A stretch of DNA of 64,000 nt from an uncultured Bacilli bacterium (GTDB lineage Bacteria; Bacillota_I; Bacilli_A; RFN20; CAG-826), in the NCBI GenBank assembly GCA_944349595.1, contig CALVNF010000002.1:175468-239467 (forward strand), read 5' to 3'. The notes beneath the pieces are model-generated. The model was given only the letters and a program-made list of their open reading frames with translations, had not been told where the DNA came from and searched no databases. The position numbers were made by a program, and so were the translations under genes. This document shows positions 31,774 to 38,048 of this stretch, piece by piece (the stretch's first letter is position 1; each line of letters starts with the position of its first letter).

Positions 31774-34455
31774 TTACATTAAAGCACCAGAACCATTATA
31801 ATTTTTGTCATATATCATAATTAAAAATTCTGGGTGATCAATAAATGGATTTCTATTATGTTGATAATATTGATCAACATTATTATTTCTATTAACTTCA
31901 TAATCACTAACTGGATCTTGACCACTTGTTGCCCATTTATATAAAGCAGCAAAATCTCCATGAAGTCCATTTGCTCCAGAGGTGAAATTATTATATAAAG
32001 TATTGTCAATATTACCACCCACTTCTAAATCTTTTTCACCACTATCTCCTTCATATCTAACAGCCATATAGAATATAGTTCTTGCAATATCACCTTTAAA
32101 TTCATCTTTTGGTTCAAAATATGATGAGTCTCGATAATTTCCAATCATAGTCGATCTAAATTGTGGTTTGCTATGATCAAGATTATCATTTTCTTCACCG
32201 ACAAATCCAAAATCTAAATTGCCTCTGCAACTATTTAGCCAGTTATCACATGGATGTAAATTATTTAAATCAGAACCTTCTGGAATTCTTGTATCAAAAT
32301 CACCATGACTTTTAGCCCAGACATGCTCCTTATTCATACCAGTAGATTTAGGATAACTTCCTTCATACATTATGATATAATTTTTTGAATTAAATGGATC
32401 TTCATCAATTAAATTAAAATCAGAAGAATCTAATTCTCCATATCCAAAAGTTGTGTGGTCATCAATTATATTATGTAATGCTTGTTTTAATTCAGCGCCT
32501 TTTAAACCTCTAACTGGTTCATAATAAGTATCAATACTTCCTTGATTTCCTCTTGATGGATAGATTGAATTATTTCCATATAAATAATCATAATTATCAT
32601 TATGAGATGTTTGTTCTTTAAATATAATGCTTAAAACATTATTTTCTTGAGTTAATCTGAATTTATAATTATTAGATGAAATAAATTCTCCACTATTACC
32701 ATTTAAAGTAATTGAAGAGACAAAATACCCATTATTTGGGGAAGTTTTAACATTTATGTAGTCTCCAACAAATAAATTGTTATTTGGAGTTACACTTACT
32801 TCACCTTCTCCAGTTTTATTTATAGTTAAATTAGCTTTAACTGGTTCTTTATTTAATAAATATGTGATATTAATTCCATATAAAATCGCTCTATTTTCAC
32901 CATTTGTTTTTAATTCAAGATTTGTAACATTATCAGTATTAAAAATATAGACATTATTACTTAAAACTTTTTGAGTAATAGATTTTAAGGAAGTTGTGAA
33001 ATTTTTTAAAGTTAATGTAATTTCCGGATCATCATCATTATATTGTTTAACAATTAATTCTACAGAAACAATGCTTATTGTACTAGCAAATTCAAATTCA
33101 ATAGTCGCACCTTTACTAGTTCCTGTTCTAAAACTATCTTCATTACTATCTTTATATAAGTTTGAAGAAGTAACTGAATTTATTTCAATATCTTTAAGTT
33201 CTAAATTATTTTCTTGTAAAGAAAAATAACCATTAGTATTTAAATTGACAAAATTAATACTTCCAGTAACTTCGTTTAATATAGGTTCATCTTTTATAAA
33301 ACTTGCAGTTATTAAATATTGTTTTTCTTCATTAACTACAAAACTTAAAGTTGATAAAATTGAAGCACCATTAACTTCAAGAGATGATAATTTGTAACCA
33401 TCATTTGGAGTAACAATTACTTCTATTTCACTTCCTAATAAAACACTTGAATTATTTTCATAATCTTTAAATTTTACACTACCATTTTCTATATTATTAG
33501 ATATAGAGATAGTTGCGTATTTATCAGTATTTCCAATATATTTAAATGTTGCATTAACAACATATTCAATATATTCTTCCACTATAAAAGATTTACTACT
33601 TTTAATTGAAATACCATTAACAGTTAAAGTATCTAATTCATAATCTTTATTGGGAATAACTTCAATTTCAACCTTTGTATTAAGACTAACTTTTGAATTA
33701 TTTTCATAATTTTTAAACTTTATGACACCATTTTTTATACTTTCGTCAATTTTAATAGTTGCATATTGTTCTACAGGTGGAACATATTTAAAACTTGCTG
33801 AAACTAAATATGTTATTTCTTCTTGTGCAATAAAACTTAAACTTGATTTTATTGAAACTCCATTAACTGTTAGTGTGTCTAGTTCATAATTGGTATCAGG
33901 AGTTATTTTTAAATCAACATTTGTATTTAATTTAACTTTATCGCCGTTATTAAAATTGATAAATTCGATTTTTCCATTTTGTATATTTTCATCGATTTTA
34001 ATAGTAGCAAATTTTTCTTCTTCACTTATTTTTTTAAATGTTGCATCTACATAATAATCTTTTTCTTCATTGACAATAAAACTTAAACTTGATTTTATTG
34101 AAAGTCCATTAACAGTCAATGTATCAAGTTCATAATTTACATCTGGATTTACAACAACATTAATTTTTGTATTAAATAATACTTTTGAATTATTTGAATA
34201 ATCTTCAAATCTAATTGAACCATTTATGGTATTTTCATTAAATATAATAGTTCCATATTTTTCATCTTGACTAGTTGTTGTAGTTGTTGAATTTGAATTA
34301 CTAGAGGTATTTTGACTTGTCGTATTAGTTGAAGTTGTTATATTAGTTGTAGTTTGATTTGAAGAACTACTTGAATTTGAAGTAGTTAAATTAGTTGTGC
34401 TACATGATGTTAAGAAAAGTGTTAACATCATTAATAAATTAAATTTTCTAAACAT
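31774..34455 (-). CDS. Surface lipoprotein with Ser/Thr-rich linker, four tandem ~85-aa repeats and C-terminal Endonuclease-I (EndA/NucM-type) nuclease domain
   Basis: Signal peptide plus lipobox LFLTSC. Linker TTSNSSSSSNQTTTN... Four repeats of YATIKIDExIxNGxIxF...DYELDTLTVNG(L/V/I)SIKSSLSF. The C-terminus carries the motifs NKEHVWAKSHG, NLHPCDNWLNSCRGN and GDIARTIFYM, which are characteristic of the Endonuclease_1 family. Confidence 0.6.
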   Translation of the reverse strand: MFRKFNLLMMLTLFLTSCSTTNLTTSNSSSSSNQTTTNITTSTNTTSQNTSSNSNSTTTTTSQDEKYGTIIFNENTINGSIRFEDYSNNSKVLFNTKINVVVNPDVNYELDTLTVNGLSIKSSLSFIVNEEKDYYVDATFKKISEEEKFATIKIDENIQNGKIEFINFNNGDKVKLNTNVDLKITPDTNYELDTLTVNGVSIKSSLSFIAQEEITYLVSASFKYVPPVEQYATIKIDESIKNGVIKFKNYENNSKVSLNTKVEIEVIPNKDYELDTLTVNGISIKSSKSFIVEEYIEYVVNATFKYIGNTDKYATISISNNIENGSVKFKDYENNSSVLLGSEIEVIVTPNDGYKLSSLEVNGASILSTLSFVVNEEKQYLITASFIKDEPILNEVTGSINFVNLNTNGYFSLQENNLELKDIEINSVTSSNLYKDSNEDSFRTGTSKGATIEFEFASTISIVSVELIVKQYNDDDPEITLTLKNFTTSLKSITQKVLSNNVYIFNTDNVTNLELKTNGENRAILYGINITYLLNKEPVKANLTINKTGEGEVSVTPNNNLFVGDYINVKTSPNNGYFVSSITLNGNSGEFISSNNYKFRLTQENNVLSIIFKEQTSHNDNYDYLYGNNSIYPSRGNQGSIDTYYEPVRGLKGAELKQALHNIIDDHTTFGYGELDSSDFNLIDEDPFNSKNYIIMYEGSYPKSTGMNKEHVWAKSHGDFDTRIPEGSDLNNLHPCDNWLNSCRGNLDFGFVGEENDNLDHSKPQFRSTMIGNYRDSSYFEPKDEFKGDIARTIFYMAVRYEGDSGEKDLEVGGNIDNTLYNNFTSGANGLHGDFAALYKWATSGQDPVSDYEVNRNNNVDQYYQHNRNPFIDHPEFLIMIYDKNYNGSGALM

Positions 34456-34478
34456 AATATAAATTTTTGTTCTATCTA

Positions 34479-35669
34479 TTATTGTTTATTAGATTTAAAA
34501 CATGACATTAAAATTTTATAAACATCATCATGATTTAAAATTTTATAGCTTGTTGGTGATAAATTTACACTATATGCAATTTCTTTAACTAAATCTGCAT
34601 CATGAACGCCAAGTTCTTCTAAACTTGTTGCAAGTTTAGAAGCTTTTATAAATTCTTCTAGACAATCAATTCCTTTTAAAGCGACTTCACCATCACTTTT
34701 TCCGTTTGGATTTACATTAAAAACATTTGTTGCAAATCTTTTAAATTTTTCAAGTCCATCTTTATATATGTATCTATAATAATTTGGAGAAATAACTGCT
34801 AATCCCATGCCGTGAGCGCAATCTGTATATGCTCCAATTTGGTGTTCAATATTATGAACATTCCAATCTTGAGTTTTTCCAACTCCTAAAATTGTATTTA
34901 ACGCCATAGAAGCAATCCACATTAAATTACTTCTTGCAATATAATTTTTAGGATTTTGATAAGACAAATATGAATTTTTTATTAATGATTTCATTAAAGC
35001 TTCTAATAAATCATCACTTACATTATCATCACTTCCGGAAAAATATTGTTCCATCATGTGAGAAAATGCATCAAAAATCCCACTTCTCATTTGATATTCA
35101 GAAACAGTATATGTTAATTTTGGGTTTAATATTGAAAATTTTGGTTCGCAACCAAAAAATACTCTTCCTTCTTTAATATTTAAATCATAATTAGTTATAA
35201 CAGATCCGCCATTCATTTCACTTCCGGTTCCAACCATTGTAAGAATTGATCCAACTGGAACAATTTTTTGATTTTTATCTAGTGGTTTTTTAGCTAAATA
35301 TAAATCTTTAAATACATCACCTTTTTCGTAATATGCACCAACCGATATTCCTTTTGCACAGTCAATAACACTACCGCCACCAACTGCTAATATTAAATCA
35401 ACATTATTTTCTTTTACCAATTTAATACCTTCTAAAACTTTTTCGTATGATGGATTTGGTCTAACATCACTTAATTCAAATACATTCTTTTTTGAATTAT
35501 TTAAAATTTTAATTAAATAATCATATAATCCAATTTTTTTAATTGATTCATGACCATAAACTAATAAAATATTATCACCATAATTTGTTAATTCATCTTT
35601 TAAATAATCAAGTGATTTTTCTCCAAAATATATCTTTGTTTTGTTTTGATAAATGAAATCTTGCAACAT
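34479..35669 (-). CDS. Iron-containing alcohol dehydrogenase
   Basis: GGGSVIDCAKG motif. The start is set at MLQDFIY (35669) because GGAGGGG sits 3-4 nt upstream. The ORF-track start at 35681 would include the SD. Confidence 0.8.
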   Translation of the reverse strand: MLQDFIYQNKTKIYFGEKSLDYLKDELTNYGDNILLVYGHESIKKIGLYDYLIKILNNSKKNVFELSDVRPNPSYEKVLEGIKLVKENNVDLILAVGGGSVIDCAKGISVGAYYEKGDVFKDLYLAKKPLDKNQKIVPVGSILTMVGTGSEMNGGSVITNYDLNIKEGRVFFGCEPKFSILNPKLTYTVSEYQMRSGIFDAFSHMMEQYFSGSDDNVSDDLLEALMKSLIKNSYLSYQNPKNYIARSNLMWIASMALNTILGVGKTQDWNVHNIEHQIGAYTDCAHGMGLAVISPNYYRYIYKDGLEKFKRFATNVFNVNPNGKSDGEVALKGIDCLEEFIKASKLATSLEELGVHDADLVKEIAYSVNLSPTSYKILNHDDVYKILMSCFKSNKQ

Positions 35670-35774
35670 AAACCCCTCCAAAAATAGTTGTCAAAACCTA
35701 ATTCTTTATTATTATATAATAATAAAAATTTTTTTCTACTTAGGTATTTACAATAAAAATTAATTATATTAAAA

Positions 35775-35792
35775 TAGTTCGGTGGCGAACTA
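35775..35792. promoter_or_regulatory. Perfect 18-bp palindrome TAGTTCG-GTGG-CGAACTA overlapping the marR SD; candidate MarR autoregulatory operator
   Basis: Seen directly in the sequence. It ends 3 nt before the marR ATG (35795), in the divergent region shared with the Fe-ADH gene. Confidence 0.4.
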
Positions 35793-35794
35793 AA

Positions 35795-36241
35795 ATGGTT
35801 AATTATCAATTATTAAAAGAATTGTTAGATACTAAAAAAAATATATCATCACTACTTGATGATTTTTTTAAAGATGAATTCGATTCTCATCTATTTGCAA
35901 TGATTTTAATCTATATTTCTGAAAACAATCAAATAGTTCATCAAAAAGATATTGAAGATGAATTTAAATTTAAAAAATCAACAACTAGTGATTTTTTAAA
36001 TTTTTTAGAAAAAGAAGGATATATTGTAAAACTAACAAGTCCAAATGATTCTAGATACAAAGAAATTCTATTAACTAATAAAGCTAAAGAAAGAATTCCT
36101 AAGTATAAAGAATTGATTAAAAATGTAAATAAAGCATTAACTGATAATTTAGGTGATGCTGAAATTGAAAAATTTAAAACCATTATTGAAAAATTAAATG
36201 AAAATATAAGGAGGTATTCACATGACAAACTCAAAAAGTGA
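35795..36241 (+). CDS. MarR-family transcriptional regulator
   Basis: 148 aa. Winged-HTH region (..IVHQKDIEDEFKFKKSTTSDFLNFLEKEGYIV). First gene of an operon with two ABC exporter genes. Confidence 0.75.
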   Translation: MVNYQLLKELLDTKKNISSLLDDFFKDEFDSHLFAMILIYISENNQIVHQKDIEDEFKFKKSTTSDFLNFLEKEGYIVKLTSPNDSRYKEILLTNKAKERIPKYKELIKNVNKALTDNLGDAEIEKFKTIIEKLNENIRRYSHDKLKK

Positions 36242-38048
36242 GAAAAAAGTTCCATTTATGCTTTATGTTAAAACACTATTAAAATCGGTAAGACAGTATA
36301 AAAAAGAAACTTTTTTAACAATGTTATTTGTTGGTCTTGAAACGATTTTAGAATGTGTAATTCCATTTATTATGATGTTTCTTATTAATGATATTGAAGC
36401 ATATGATCCAGCAAACGGTATGCAAACTCTTTATAAAATACTGATTTGGGCAGCTGTTTTGTTAGTTTTAGCTGGATTTTCACTAACTTGTGGTATTTTG
36501 TCAGGTAGATTTTGTGCATTCGCGTCAGTTGGATTTTCAAAAAATTTAAGGCAAGATATTTATTATAAAATTCAAACTTTTTCATTTACTAATATTGACA
36601 AATTTTCTGTATCAAGTTTAGTTACGAGACAAACAACTGATATTATGAATATTCAACTTGCATATTTCTTAGTAATTAGAATTGCAGTTCGTAGTATTTT
36701 AATGTTAATTTTCTCAATTGTTATGGCATTTATTGCGGCTCCTAGTATTGCTTGGATTTATTTAATTTTAGTTCCAGTTTTATTTGGTGTCTTATTAGTA
36801 ATTGTTTTAATCTGTTATCCAATTTATAGTGCTGGATTTAAAAAATATGATAAATTAAACGAATCAATTCAAGAAAACGTTAAAGGAATGAGAACGGTTA
36901 AAACTTATGTTAGAGAAGATTATGAAAAAGAAAAATTTCACAAACAAGCATATAGTTTACAAAAATTCTTTAAAAAAGCTGATAGATTAGCGGCTTTGAG
37001 TTCACCAATTCTTCAATTCTTTATGTGGGCTTCAATGTTATGCATTATATCAATTGGATCATTTTTAATTATTCAAAATAATATTGATGGTATTGAAAAC
37101 GGAATGACTGTTGGCGCTTTGACTTCTTTAATTACTTATGGTGCTCAATGTTTATCATCAATTATGATGGTAACTATGATTTTAACAATGATTATTATGT
37201 CATTAGAATCAATCCATAGAGTCTATGAAGTATTAACAGAAGAAAATAAATTATTATTAGAAGAAAATGTAGAAGGTGCTAAACTTACTAATTTAGATGA
37301 TGGTAGCATCGAATATAAAGATGTTTATTTTAGATATGATAATACAAGTGAAAAATATGCTCTTGAAGATATTAATTTGAAAGTTAAATCTGGTCAAACG
37401 CTTGGAATTATTGGTGCTACTGGTTCTTCTAAGTCGACTTTAGTTAATTTATTGCCTCGATTTTTTGAAGTAACAAAAGGTTCTTTAACAATCGGAGGAC
37501 ATGATATTAAAGAATATGATATTAGAAGTTTAAGAGAACAAATTGGTATGGTTTTACAAAAAAATATTTTGTTCTCTGGAACAATTAAAGATAATCTTTT
37601 ATGGGGAAATAAAGACGCGAGCGACGAACAAATTGTTCAAGCTTGTAAAGTTGCCCAAGCCGATGAATTTATAAGAAATTTTAAAGATGGTTATAATTCA
37701 AGAGTTGAACAAGGAGGAACTAATCTCTCTGGTGGACAAAAACAAAGATTGTGTATTGCTCGAGCAATAATTAAAAATCCAAAAATATTAATCTTAGATG
37801 ACTCTACTAGTGCTGTTGATACAAAAACTGATGCCTTTATTAGAGATGGTTTAAAAAGAGTATGTCCTAACACAACAAAAATTATCATTGCTCAAAGAAT
37901 TTCTTCTGTTCAAGATTGCGATCAAATTATTGTCATGAAAGATGGTAAAATTGATGGAATTGGAAATCATGATTATTTAGTTAAAAATAATGATATTTAT
38001 AAAGATATTTACAATATCCAAAATAAAATTGGAGGTAATCAAGAATGA
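36222..38048 (+). CDS. ABC transporter, fused permease/ATP-binding subunit (type I exporter, heterodimer half A)
   Basis: Six N-terminal TM helices. Walker A GATGSSKST, signature LSGGQKQR and Walker B ILILDD. SD AAGGAGG lies 7 nt upstream. It ends in TGA within an ATGA overlap. Confidence 0.85.
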   Translation: MTNSKSEKKVPFMLYVKTLLKSVRQYKKETFLTMLFVGLETILECVIPFIMMFLINDIEAYDPANGMQTLYKILIWAAVLLVLAGFSLTCGILSGRFCAFASVGFSKNLRQDIYYKIQTFSFTNIDKFSVSSLVTRQTTDIMNIQLAYFLVIRIAVRSILMLIFSIVMAFIAAPSIAWIYLILVPVLFGVLLVIVLICYPIYSAGFKKYDKLNESIQENVKGMRTVKTYVREDYEKEKFHKQAYSLQKFFKKADRLAALSSPILQFFMWASMLCIISIGSFLIIQNNIDGIENGMTVGALTSLITYGAQCLSSIMMVTMILTMIIMSLESIHRVYEVLTEENKLLLEENVEGAKLTNLDDGSIEYKDVYFRYDNTSEKYALEDINLKVKSGQTLGIIGATGSSKSTLVNLLPRFFEVTKGSLTIGGHDIKEYDIRSLREQIGMVLQKNILFSGTIKDNLLWGNKDASDEQIVQACKVAQADEFIRNFKDGYNSRVEQGGTNLSGGQKQRLCIARAIIKNPKILILDDSTSAVDTKTDAFIRDGLKRVCPNTTKIIIAQRISSVQDCDQIIVMKDGKIDGIGNHDYLVKNNDIYKDIYNIQNKIGGNQE

